Positions 28,452-40,489 are shown, counted from the first letter of the whole stretch. The stretch: DNA of 63,983 nt, filler included, from Octopus bimaculoides (GCF_001194135.2; 5 parts of 5 records of this genome joined end to end with filler, not necessarily neighbours in it); one strand, 5' to 3'. Made by a program: numbers and translations. The notes: generated by a model not told the origin, from the letters alone.

Positions 28452-28923
28452 TCTCTGTTGAAATGTAGGAGTATATTTCTTCATTTGTATGAAGAGAGGA
28501 AAAGTGCTGATATCGTGTAGAGTTAAAAATTACCTCTCCCTTTTTCACTCAATCTTTCTACACATATGTACATTTCTTCTCGTACGCAAATTTTTCTGTG
28601 TTTGCCTGCAGTGCCAAAAAGTACTGCTAACGAATGTCCTGGCAGCCGCGAGAAATCGTCAGCGTCCAAACAGCTGCACCCAAACGACTCATTATTCATT
28701 CTGATTGGAAGAACCACAGGAGCAATGAAAAAGACACGCTGCGTCATTACACTTCGTACAAATTTGACGTGCTTCACTTAGCCTTTCCTACCCCCGGATT
28801 GATAAAATAAGGTTACAGCCGAATACTAGGATTGGTGGTATTGTTTTTCCCACTCTGCTCTACATTGCTGAACTTCAACATTATGACTGTTCAACATTAT
28901 GAATGTTCAACATTATGAATTAC

Positions 28924-28977
<54 letters not shown>

Positions 28978-29129
28978 GCATTCATTCATTCATTCATTGA
29001 GTTCAAATCCCAGTTTTCAAAAATGCATCTTTATTTAAGTAAACATTTTATCTTCTCGAGACAGTACAATTTAGATATACTCCATTCATTCATTATATGT
29101 GAAACCCAGCCAAACGCACGTACACGTAA

Positions 29130-29335
29130 ACATGCTATTATTTGTTTAGCTATGGGCGAAAATCTTAGCAGTATTTCGTCTGTCTTCATGTTCTGAGTTC
29201 AAATACCGCCAACGTCGACTTTGCCTTTCATCATTTCGGGGTCGATAAAATCATGTACCAGTTACGCACTGGGGTCGATGTAATCAACTGGTCCCTTGCC
29301 CAAAAATGTCAGCCCTTGGGCCGAGACTAGAAAAT
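29130..29335 (+). mobile_element. SINE family 2 copy
   Basis: gagttcaaataccgcc...gtcgactttgcctttcatcatttcggggtcgat. Confidence 0.8.
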
Positions 29336-29389
29336 ATGATTGGATTAGTTAATTACATACATACATATATTCTTTTATTCATCTACTGT

Positions 29390-29478
29390 AACCTCGGACC
29401 GACCAAAGCCTTGTGATTGGATTTGGTAGACGGAAACTGAAAGAAGCCCGTCAAATTTATATATGTCTATGTATATAT

Positions 29479-29542
<64 letters not shown>

Positions 29543-29715
29543 CTGTTTGTCCTTCACGCCCCCCATCACTTGACAACCGATGTCGGTGTGTTTACGTCCT
29601 CGTAATTTATCGGTTCAGCAGAAGACACCTATAGAACAAGCACCAGCCTTTTACAGAATAAGTCCAGGGGTTGATTTCTGCAGCTTGGACACTGTCAGAT
29701 GACTGAAACAAATAA
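29390..29715 (+). mobile_element. SINE family 1 copy (5'-truncated, expanded TG tract)
   Basis: ccaaagccttgtgattggatttggtagacggaaactgaaagaagcccgtc, (TG)n, then tail. Confidence 0.85.
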
Positions 29716-29873
29716 AACAATAAAACCAAAAATAGATAACAATTGCAGCGTGGAAGGTGTTTATAAGCCATTTAAAACTCAAAAATTCACTTCAACATAT
29801 AAACTTAAATTTCGTTCCAACATACGATCACAGATCAGGTCACTTGCTATGCAAGTACATCTCCGTAAAAATA

Positions 29874-29927
<54 letters not shown>

Positions 29928-30485
29928 GTGTTTATGTTCTGTTCTGCTTAATCCATTCTGGCTTTCTGTGGTGTCTATCTTGGGGTGGTGTGTGAGGAAA
30001 TATCTCAAACAAAGGACACCATAAGAAGAAGAAGAATAAAGCCGAAACGAAGGCCAAATATTTAGTGCGCATAGTTAATTCACAAAAGTACGATTATCCC
30101 CAAATATAACAATATCTGTTTCAATGCACGACTTCACATCAAGAACCTCGCAAAACAAATACACACACATACATACATACATGCATACATAAGCTGTGTT
30201 TCTATACGTATAAGCAAACTAATTTCAGTTTAATTCTTATATTTTGCCTGATGAATTCAGTAGCTGATATACAATATTTCATTTCATATTTTCTTCCTTT
30301 TTTTTCTTCACTTTTTTATTAATTTATTGGTTGATTACTAGTTGAGCTGGCAGAAACGTTAGCACGCTGGACAAAATGCTTTGCAGCATCTCCTCCATCC
30401 TTACGTTATGAGTTCAAATTCCACCGAGTTTCAATTTAGTTGTCATTGTTTCAGATTAGAAAAGGATGAAAGGCAAATTTGTTAC

Positions 30486-30944
30486 ATTATTATTATTATT
30501 ATTATTATCTGTCACATGTGTTGTTGAAGCTCTTGGTGTCATATATGCGTAGCAGGCTTACTACCTCTAACCTACGGTACCATGCTATCTATACTTTCAG
30601 CTAATACTTTCCTTATTATTCTGGCCGTGCCAAGGAGGCAGGCCTTTTGGAGCAGTTCCACTGGACACCCTATTCCAATTTCCTTAATATTCCTCTTGAT
30701 GCCTTCTGATACTGTCCCCAAGGATCCAACAATAATTGGCGCTATCTTCACCTTCTTCATTTTCCATAGCCAGGCTATTTCGTACTTAAGAGGATTGTAT
30801 CTCTCTATCTTTTCGCCTTCCTTCTTGACTATTTGTGGGTCAAAGGGTCATGCAACATCAACTACACAGCATATGTGGTGCACCTCGTCTACCACCACCA
30901 CTAGGTTAAGTCTGTTATGCTCTAGCACCTCATCTGTTTGGATA

Positions 30945-30946
<2 letters not shown>
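30486..30946 (-). mobile_element. R4/Dong-like non-LTR retrotransposon 3' fragment A (restriction-like endonuclease end) with (TAA)n tail
   Basis: IQTDEVLE...VVDVA*PFD...EKIERYNPLKYEIAWLWKMKKVKIAPIIVGSLG...LLQKACLLGTARIIRKVL; tail at 30486-30508. Confidence 0.8.
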
Positions 30947-30985
<39 letters not shown>

Positions 30986-31304
30986 TAGTTTTATTTTTAT
31001 AACGTGCTTTCGCTTCACTACCGAGCGCAGCTCTGTGCGCCTTGGGTATGTGCTGTGGTTTGCTGTGGTGCTCTTATGTTTACTGTATTGAAAGTGTTTT
31101 GCGTAGAATGTGTGCAGTACCCAGTAGTGCAATTTTCTGTATGTTATATATATTTGTAAGTCCTGCTATTTTTGTTATGTATTTGTCTGAATATTTTTTT
31201 ATTATGCCTAAGGCACCTACTATGATAGGAATTGCTTCTGTTTTTAGATTCCACATTCGAGTTATCTCTATTTCCAGGTCTTTGTATTTTGAAAGTTTTT
31301 CCAT
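30947..31304 (-). mobile_element. R4/Dong-like non-LTR retrotransposon 3' fragment B with (TAA)n tail, truncated by a gap
   Basis: EKLSKYKDLEIEITRMWNLKTEAIPIIVGALG...IQKIALLGTAHILRKTLS*, 3' UTR, tail at 30947-30982. Confidence 0.85.
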
Positions 31305-31404
31305 NNNNNNNNNNNNNNNNNNNNNNNNNNNNNNNNNNNNNNNNNNNNTTAATTAATTAANNNNNNNNNNNNNNNNNNNNNNNNNNNNNNNNNNNNNNNN
31401 NNNN
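31305..31404. other. Artificial scaffold join (N44-TTAATTAATTAA-N44)
   Basis: Exactly 100 bp; identical structure at 45545, 56828 and 62583. Confidence 0.95.
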
Positions 31405-31539
31405 AATAACTTATGGATTTCTTTTTTTTTTTAAGAAGACTAAGAGAAAAAGATGTTTTATATGACACATTCTACCAGTGTTCCTAGTTTCAAAGTGTTT
31501 CATTAATGAAAAATGTGGCCCCCGTTTTAAAAAAGATCC
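31405..31539 (-). mobile_element. One end of the GGATC-terminated MITE family seen at 37741-38379
   Basis: Reverse complement of about 37741-37876; ends in ccccgttttaaaaaagatcc. Confidence 0.8.
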
Positions 31540-31897
31540 GTCAATTCAACCAGTCATTCAGGTCAGCGCTAGAAGAAAAACAACCATCTTTGGTTTCAAG
31601 AAAAAAGGTGTTCTTCCATCAGGATAACGTTCGGACACATACAGCAAGAATGACATTCCAAAGGCTGGAGCAATTTGAATGGGAAACGATGCCCCACCCA
31701 CCCTACTCACCAGACATTGCCCCGTCTGATTATTGCTTATTCCGCAATCTTCAAAATCATTTGGACAGAAAATATATGAATTCTGTAGATGAGGTCAGAA
31801 CAGTACTGGAGGAGTATTTTTCATCATGGACAAGTGACTTTTGGAAGAGGGGCCTTGCAAGTCTACTAGATAGATGGAAGAGAATTGTAGAAAATAA
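31540..31897 (+). mobile_element. mariner transposase fragment (catalytic C-terminus)
   Basis: FHQDNVRTH ... HPPYSPDIAPSDYCLFRNLQNHL ... LLDRWKRIVEN: the mariner DD34D YSPDLAPxD motif. Confidence 0.92.
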
Positions 31898-31909
31898 AGA
31901 GAGAGAGAG

Positions 31910-31940
<31 letters not shown>

Positions 31941-32442
31941 AATACACACACACACACACACATATATATATAAATACACACACACACACTCCACCTGTGT
32001 CTCTTCATCACCTGCCCCAATATTGTTCCTTCTGTCACTCTCCATTACTATCATCTCACAGTAAATCTGTCCTCTTACATCATGGGGTGTTCTCCTTGGG
32101 TTTGCAAACGAGGCTGCTCTAACAATGTTGGTGCCACAAATAGCCCTCAGTACTCCCAGCAAGCATTTATTAATCGATTTCAATAACAACAATGCTAGCC
32201 TCGAAAAAGTCCTTTAGTCTTGCTGAAGGCAAGGAAAGCACTCTAGTGCTGGCGCTAAAAAAAAAAAGATTAAAACAAAAAAGGAGCCCGTACATTCTGT
32301 AAAATGTTTGGGATTAGGAAAGGCATTCAGCTACAGGAATTATACCAAAACCGAAACACTGGAGGAAGACACAATCCAGGTGCACTAAATACCTGGTGTA
32401 CCTGCCTACATTTTCCAGCATGGAAGGCAGATGTGAAATAAT

Positions 32443-32895
32443 TCTTTTATTTTTTACTCGTTTCAGTCATTTGGCTGTGGCCATGCTGGAGCACCACCTT
32501 AAAGGGTTTATTTGGTCAAAGAAATTGATCCCAAAACGTTTTTTGTAAATCTAATACTTATTCTACCATCGCTTTTGCCAAACTGCTAAGGTACAGGGAC
32601 GTAAACACACCAACATTGGTTGTCAAGAGATGGTGACAGGGACAAATACAGACATTAAGACACACACACATGAATATATATATTCTATATATATATATAT
32701 TCTATATACACATCCTATATATATATATATATAGGATGGACTTCTTTCAGTTTCCGTCTACCAAATCCACTCATAAGGCTTTGGTTGGCCCAAGGGTATA
32801 ATAGAAGACACTTGCCCAAGGTGTCCTACAGAGGGACTGAACCTGGGACCATGTGGTTGGGAAGCAAGCTTCTTACTACACAGCCATGCCTGTGC
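32443..32895 (-). mobile_element. SINE family 1 copy, heavy CpG decay
   Basis: Most consensus CG sites appear as TG or CA (tgtggcc, caccacc, gccaaac, ggcccaagg, acctggg). Confidence 0.88.
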
Positions 32896-34227
32896 AATGA
32901 TGATGATAATAGTGTGTTCTTTTCTGTACATTGTTTATATGTGTGCGCGTCCTTGGGTATTCTTTGTAACAAGATAAAAAAAAAAATGAAAAATGTATAT
33001 AAAAAAAAACCTCAAAAAAGAACGCGAAGAAATCATAAATAATGAAATAAGTGAAAAAAGATAACAGAAAAACATAATCAGCCAAATAACTCACTTTCCA
33101 ACCACGTCCACCACAAATACTACTACTAGCGCCACCACGATGACCGTGATAACCACCACCACCACCACCACCACCACCACCACCACCACTAGCAACTGTA
33201 CCACCACCATACTACCACAGCTCTTTCAACTACTTCCATCNNNNNNNNNNNNNNNNNNNNNNNNNNNNNNNNNNNNNNNNNNNNNNNNNNNNNNNNNNNN
33301 NNNNNNNNNNNNNNNNNNNNNNNNNNNNNNNNNNNNNNNNNNNNNNNNNNNNNNNNNNNNNNNNNNNNNNNNNNNNNNNNNNNNNNNNNNNNNNNNNNNN
33401 NNNNNNNNNNNNNNNNNNNNNNNNNNNNNNNNNNNNNNNNNNNNNNNNNNNNNNNNNNNNNNNNNNNNNNNNNNNNNNNNNNNNNNNNNNNNNNNNNNNN
33501 NNNNNNNNNNNNNNNNNNNNNNNNNNNNNNNNNNNNNNNNNNNNNNNNNNNNNNNNNNNNNNNNNNNNNNNNNNNNNNNNNNNNNNNNNNNNNNNNNNNN
33601 NNNNNNNNNNNNNNNNNNNNNNNNNNNNNNNNNNNNNNNNNNNNNNNNNNNNNNNNNNNNNNNNNNNNNNNNNNNNNNNNNNNNNNNNNNNNNNNNNNNN
33701 NNNNNNNNNNNNNNNNNNNNNNNNNNNNNNNNNNNNNNNNNNNNNNNNNNNNNNNNNNNNNNNNNNNNNNNNNNNNNNATATATATATATATACACATAA
33801 TCACATAATCACATATATACACAATCATTAACATATTTCTCTCTCTCTCTCTCTATATATACATATATATATACACACACACATACAAATACATACCCCT
33901 GCATGTACATATATAAATATACATACCTATGCATAAACACATCACTGAAGGGTGCTCAACTCCTGATAGAGTCAAGGGGGCACCATTTTAACATTTAGCT
34001 TGTCTCAAGCATGTTAGGCTTGGCGGAGCCAATCCTTCTCCAGCTACGAACACAGCCAATATCTTCTACACATACACACGCACATCTAACCTATACTTTC
34101 CTGTTGCAGATGACTACAGACACCACACTGAAATCAACAACCCATACACACATATATATATATTTATATATATACATACACACACACGTGTACATATATG
34201 TATACACATATATATACATGCATACAA

Positions 34228-34293
<66 letters not shown>

Positions 34294-34792
34294 TCAATAC
34301 ACACAAACATATGTATATATACACACACATATATACATATACACGCACGCAAACATATATACACACAGATATATACACACGTACAAACATATACACACAC
34401 ATATACATACACATACATGCAGACACATATATACACACACACGGACACATACTCATATCTATATACATACTCATACATATANNNNNNNNNNNNNNNNNNN
34501 NNNNNNNNNNNNNNNNNNNNNNNNNNNNNNNNNNNNNNNNNNNNNNNNNNNNNNNNNNNNNNNNNNNNNNNNNNNNNNNNNNNNNNNNNNNNNNNNNNNN
34601 NNNNNNNNNNNNNNNNNNNNNNNNNNNNNNNNNNNNNNNNNNNNNNNNNNNNNNNNNNNNNNNNNNNNNNNNNNNNNNNNNNNNNNNNNNNNNNNNNNNN
34701 NNNNNNNNNNNNNNNNNNNNNNNNNNNNNNNNNNNNNNNNNNNNNNNNNNNNNNNNNNNNNNNNNNNNNNNNNNNNNNNNNNNNNNNNNNNN

Positions 34793-34846
34793 GCCTTGTG
34801 AGTGGATTTGGTAGACGGAAACTGAAAGAAGCCCGTCGTATATATG

Positions 34847-34896
<50 letters not shown>

Positions 34897-35097
34897 TGTG
34901 TCTGTGTTTGTCCCCCTAGCATTGCTTGACAAACGATGCTGGTGTGTTTATGTCCCCGTAACTTAGTGGTTCGGCAAAAGAGACCGATAGAATAAATACT
35001 AGGCTTACAAAGAATAAGTCCCGGGGTCGATTTGCTCGACTAAAGGCGGTGCTCCAGCATGGCCGCAGTCAAATGACTGAAACAAGTAAAATAAAAA
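34793..35097 (+). mobile_element. SINE family 1 copy (5' part in gap)
   Basis: Near-consensus body and tail. Confidence 0.9.
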
Positions 35098-35596
35098 AAT
35101 TTTTTTTAAATATACAGACACACACACACAAATGCATATATCGTCATCATTTGTAATTATTGAGTATTACTTGAAACAGCTGTAAGAAGAGAAGATGACC
35201 AATTTCTTAATGATGAATAATTGCTAATTTCCTTATCTCTATCTTCTTCTCTTCTTTTAAATGGAGATAAACTATATGCTTAATATATACTTGTTGTTTT
35301 AAGGGAATTTCATTCCCCCAAAATACTAGGTATTGAACCAGTATTTCCTTGGATGCAACCATCCCTTCATAAGGTTAGCATGTCCTCTAAATATATATGT
35401 ATATCTTCAAAAACGTCTAGTTAGAATAGAGACAGCTGATGAAGGGATATTCCAAGTGGCTTTCCGTTTTCCTATGTGTTCGTTCCGTTGTCTGTAGTTC
35501 ATTGTTCTAACGTCCTGTACCCTGATATGCATATATATACACATGTAGATGTAAGTATGTACATATATGTGTGTATACATGTATATATATCCTTTG

Positions 35597-35667
<71 letters not shown>

Positions 35668-36140
35668 CGTGTATGTGTATATATGTGTGTATGTGTATAT
35701 GTGTGTGTGTGTATATATGTGTGTGTGTGTGTATATGTTTGTGTGTATNNNNNNNNNNNNNNNNNNNNNNNNNNNNNNNNNNNNNNNNNNNNNNNNNNNN
35801 NNNNNNNNNNNNNNNNNNNNNNNNNNNNNNNNNNNNNNNNNNNNNNNNNNNNNNNNNNNNNNNNNNNNNNNNNNNNNNNNNNNNNNNNNNNNNNNNNNNN
35901 NNNNNNNNNNNNNNNNNNNNNNNNNNNNNNNNNNNNNNNNNNNNNNNNNNNNNNNNNNNNNNNNNNNNNNNNNNNNNNNNNNNNNNNNNNNNNNNNNNNN
36001 NNNNNNNNNNNNNNNNNNNNNNNNNNNNNNNNNNNNNNNNNNNNNNNNNNNNNNNNNNNNNNNNNNNNNNNNNNNNNNNNNNNNNNNNNNNNNNNNNNNN
36101 NNNNNNNNNNNNNNNNNNNNNNNNNNNNNNNNNNNNNNNN

Positions 36141-36183
<43 letters not shown>

Positions 36184-36338
36184 TACAACAGGCTTCCTCC
36201 AGTTTCCATCTACCAAATCCACTCATAAGGTTTTGGTCGGCCCCAGGCTATAGTAGAAGACACTTGCCCAAGGTGCCACACAGTGGGACTGAACCCAGAA
36301 CCACGTGGTTGGTAAGCAGGCTACTTACCACACAGCCC
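36184..36338 (-). mobile_element. SINE family 1 5' half, CpG-decayed
   Basis: ccaaatccactcataagg...cccaaggtgccacacagtgggactgaaccc...cttaccacacagcc. Confidence 0.85.
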
Positions 36339-37116
36339 CTCCTATTTTATTCACCTACCTTGGAATCTGCACTTCAGAAACACTATAGAACATACCTGTA
36401 TATAAAAAGGTATATGCCTGAATTACCAAGACCAGATATCGTCATTGACCTGGGTTGCGTTGTCTACACACAAGGTAAGAGTGTCAGGTACAAACACCCA
36501 TGCACAGAGTCTTGATTTTCAATGAGTGAGCGGATTATACCAACCTAGGAAGTTGCCTCAATTTAGGTACCTAATTCAACAGAATCTTAATTACATATAT
36601 ATATATANNNNNNNNNNNNNNNNNNNNNNNNNNNNNNNNNNNNNNNNNNNNNNNNNNNNNNNNNNNNNNNNNNNNNNNNNNNNNNNNNNNNNNNNNNNNN
36701 NNNNNNNNNNNNNNNNNNNNNNNNNNNNNNNNNNNNNNNNNNNNNNNNNNNNNNNNNNNNNNNNNNNNNNNNNNNNNNNNNNNNNNNNNNNNNNNNNNNN
36801 NNNNNNNNNNNNNNNNNNNNNNNNNNNNNNNNNNNNNNNNNNNNNNNNNNNNNNNNNNNNNNNNNNNNNNNNNNNNNNNNNNNNNNNNNNNNNNNNNNNN
36901 NNNNNNNNNNNNNNNNNNNNNNNNNNNNNNNNNNNNNNNNNNNNNNNNNNNNNNNNNNNNNNNNNNNNNNNNNNNNNNNNNNNNNNNNNNNNNNNNNNNN
37001 NNNNNNNNNNNNNNNNNNNNNNNNNNNNNNNNNNNNNNNNNNNNNNNNNNNNNNNNNNNNNNNNNNNNNNNNNNNNNNNNNNNNNNNNNNNNNNNNNNNN
37101 NNNNNNNNNNNNNNNN

Positions 37117-37341
37117 AGAAAACGCATGTTATAATTGCATACTTTATTCCTACATATGTTTCAAAGGATTACAACCTGTGTGATCCATAGGGATCTGTGA
37201 TATTAAAATTGTAACCTTCTCTTCAGGGAATGCATGGGAATCATCTTAAACGTAAGACATTATGACCCTATGGATCACACAGGTTGTAATCCTTTGAAAC
37301 ATATGTAGGAATAAAGTATGCAATTATAACATGCGTTTTCT
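37117..37341. repeat. Perfect 76-bp inverted repeat with a 73-nt loop
   Basis: 37117-37192 is the exact reverse complement of 37266-37341; the left arm abuts a gap. Confidence 0.92.
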
Positions 37342-37605
37342 CCATTCCTTAAATTTTTATATTTATATATATATATATATATATATAAATGAAGAAATTG
37401 TATAAACAAACAACGTAACATATACTGAATGTAAAAAAATGAACAGGGGACAAACAGAGGGTCTGTAATTCTTCATTGGTTATTGACTGATTGGTAGTAT
37501 TCAGTTTTGGGAAGCAAGCTTGCCACATAGCCATGTGCGTGTATTTAAATATATTTGTGTTGCAAAAGAGAATTATGATGTAGAACTTTATGATGTTCTT
37601 AATAA

Positions 37606-38950
37606 TTAACCCTTTTCAGACCAATCCACCTGAGACCATCACCCCTAGTTGTATGAAACAGATTTCCTGTTTGAAAGTGATTTAAATTAACCCTTTCGTG
37701 ATCAGATTACTCTCCCAAAAGTAATGCTTATTCAAATTTGGGATCTATTTTAAAACGGGGGCGCCAGTATTTTCTTAACGAAACACTTTGAAACTTGGGA
37801 CACTGGTACAATGTGTCATATAAAACATCTTTTACTCTTAGTCTTCTTAACAAAAAAAAGGAATTCGCAAGTTATTCCATGTTAAAGTTGTCGTATTTCT
37901 GTAATTTCAACCAATCANNNNNNNNNNNNNNNNNNNNNNNNNNNNNNNNNNNNNNNNNNNNNNNNNNNNNNNNNNNNNNNNNNNNNNNNNNNNNNNNNNN
38001 NNNNNNNNNNNNNNNNNNNNNNNNNNNNNNNNNNNNNNNNNNNNNNNNNNNNNNNNNNNNNNNNNNNNNNNNNNNNNNNNNNNNNNNNNNNNNNNNNNNN
38101 NNNNNNNNNNNNNNNNNNNNNNNNNNNNNNNNNNNNNNNNNNNNNNNNNNNNNNNNNNNNNNNNNNNNNNNNNNNNNNNNNNNNNNNNNNNNNNNNNNNN
38201 NNNNNNNNNNNNNNNNNNNNNNNNNNNNNNNNNNNNNNNNNNNNNNNNNNNNNNNNNNNNNNNNNNNNNNNNNNNNNAACACAAAATAGATAAGTATACG
38301 AAGTTTGAAAGTCTTTCCATACCAAAAACACTACATAAAACATAAATGAAAACTGGCGCCCCCGTTTTAAAATAGATCCCAAATTTGTCTTGAATTAATC
38401 ATGCATTATCCCCATAACTTCAAGACTTCAATGATGAGATAATTTACATTTAACTGTTTAGCATTCAGATTATTTTGTCAAATGTAATTCTAATTTATTC
38501 ATATTGTTTTGAATTGACCATGTATTGCCTTGTAGCTTCAAGATTTCGATGATGTGACTGTGTATTTTTAGAATGACATTGTAGGGTAGGTGTGAAAGGC
38601 TCGATATGGCCAGTCTGAACGTACAACAACTAGAATATTTAGGCCAGACATGGCTTGTTTAAATGCTAAAGATTTCAACCTTTAGCACACAGGTTACTCT
38701 GTCAAATATAATGCTAATTTATTCATATTGTTTTGAATTAATCCTGTATTATCTCACAGCTTTGAGATTTCAATGATGTGATTGTCTACTTTTAGAATGA
38801 CATTGCAGAGTAGGTACGAGGAGCTGGATCTGGCCAATTTGTGTATGAAACAGGTAGAATATTTCAATTTAACCCTTTCGTTATTGTATTTATTTTGGGA
38901 TGCTCTGTGTTTGTTTCTTTCAATTAATTTTAGATATAACAAAGAATTTA
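37606..38950. mobile_element. Stack of TTAA|CCCT-terminated (piggyBac-like) MITEs
   Basis: TTAACCCT or degenerate junctions at 37606, 37687, 38450, 38675 and 38869; a ~220-bp unit repeats at 38450 and 38675 and again at 61105-61309. Confidence 0.7.
37741..38379. mobile_element. MITE with perfect 28-bp TIRs and 8-bp TSD (Merlin-like)
   Basis: TIR ggatctattttaaaacgggggcgccagt and its exact complement; flanking direct repeat caaatttg at 37733-37740 and 38380-38387. The superfamily is inferred from GG termini and the 8-bp TSD. Confidence 0.8.
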
Positions 38951-38959
38951 GTGACCTGA

Positions 38960-38962
<3 letters not shown>

Positions 38963-39001
<39 letters not shown>

Positions 39002-39145
39002 TCGAAAAATACCTTAGAAATGAGAACCCAGATTCGAAATTTCCCCAAGACACCTGATGAAAGCTGGAGGGTATATCATCCGAAACGTGTTAACAACAAA
39101 CAAGATGAGGACAAATATCTGTCAAATGTAAAATCATGTAAATAA
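38963..39145 (+). mobile_element. (AAT)n followed by a Penelope-terminus-like repeat with a degenerate hammerhead-like core
   Basis: gacac CTGATGA ... GAAAC gtgtt at 39049-39091. Confidence 0.5.
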
Positions 39146-39839
39146 TCCTGTATGTAATGATAATTAACTAAATTTTACCTGTAGTAGTAATTATGTTATA
39201 CATGATAAAACTTAGTAATGGTTATTAGAATAAAATGAGATCTGATCAGGTAGAGGGAAGTCGTTAACTTGTAATGTATAAAGTAGATTTACAGCTCTTG
39301 GTCTTTATTCATTTTTTAATCCTTTCACTCTTAAAAGCTTATCCAATCCATGTCTTTGAGTAAGATTTATAAATCATCATTGGTGTTAAGTTAGTTTAGT
39401 CATGATCCCTCACTCACCACATTGGTAGGCACTAAGCATGAACAGGGTAATGGGTGAAGACCCCTGTCGTTCATGAATGACCATGGGATTGCACCCAGAA
39501 AGTTCCCCTCCAGGGCACAAGTCCAGGCAAGGTTGTTGTTTTATGGAAGACCAGCAGTCGCCCATGCAAACCAGCCTCCCCCACTCCATGCCACTGATGT
39601 TATCCAAGGGAAAGAAAGGCAAAGGGGCTGATACAGCTTGGCACCAATGATGTAGCAACTCATTTCTACAGATGAGCGAACTGGAGCAACGTGAAATAAA
39701 GTATTTTACTCAAAAAGCACAACACAGATTGGCGCCTGGTCTAGCCATCTGGTTCACCAGTCCTCAGTCAAATCATCCAACCCATGCCAGCATGGAAAGC
39801 GGACGTTAAATGATGATGATGATGATAGATAGATAGATA

Positions 39840-40000
39840 GGTGCAGGCATGGCTGTGTGGTAAGAAGCTTGCTTCCCAACCACATGATTCTGGGTTCAGT
39901 CCCACTGTGTGGCACCTTGAGCAAGCACCTTCTATTATTACCTTGGGCTTGACCAGTCTTGTGAGTGGATTTGGTAGACAGAAACTGAAAGAAGCCCATC
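39840..40000 (+). mobile_element. SINE family 1 5' half, CpG-decayed
   Basis: ggctgtgtggtaagaagcttgc...tctgggttcagtcccactgtgtggcacc...gacagaaactgaaagaagcccatc. Confidence 0.85.
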
Positions 40001-40458
40001 ATATATATATATATATATATATACATAGCCAAATATAAATTTAAAGGGATATAGTGTTACAACAAAACCCCTAAATAAAAAAAAATCGTGTCCTATACAT
40101 TTTACACACACGCAGAGAAAGTGTAATACATAAACAGCTATGATATACAATAATCCATTTGCTGGCAGTGCCCCAGCATGGCCACAGCCTTCTGGCTGCA
40201 ACAGAGAAAAGAATAAAAGAATGCATGTTGTATATTCCAGATGCTTAGATATCCATTGTATATCTCAGGCAGATAACGTTTTAGCTCCAAATCATTTAAT
40301 TTCGTTAGGTAATTTATTGAGCTCTTGTGAGATAAGTGCCAGGTTTTGCTTTACGGTTGGGTTTTTTTGTTTGTTAAGACTTAAAGTGCAACTAAAAACC
40401 ATGTAAAGTGCATGCGTAGCTTTTATCTGTTTCTCTGTAGGTATATGTATATATTATT

Positions 40459-40489
<31 letters not shown>

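Noticed and set aside
31349-31360. TTAATTAATTAA as a biological motif or piggyBac site
   Set aside because: Always centred in an exact N44/N44 context; it is an assembly linker.
40420-40450. Recursive splice site (tttctctgtag|gtatat)
   Set aside because: The donor half is weak and runs into a TA/TG microsatellite; no supporting evidence.
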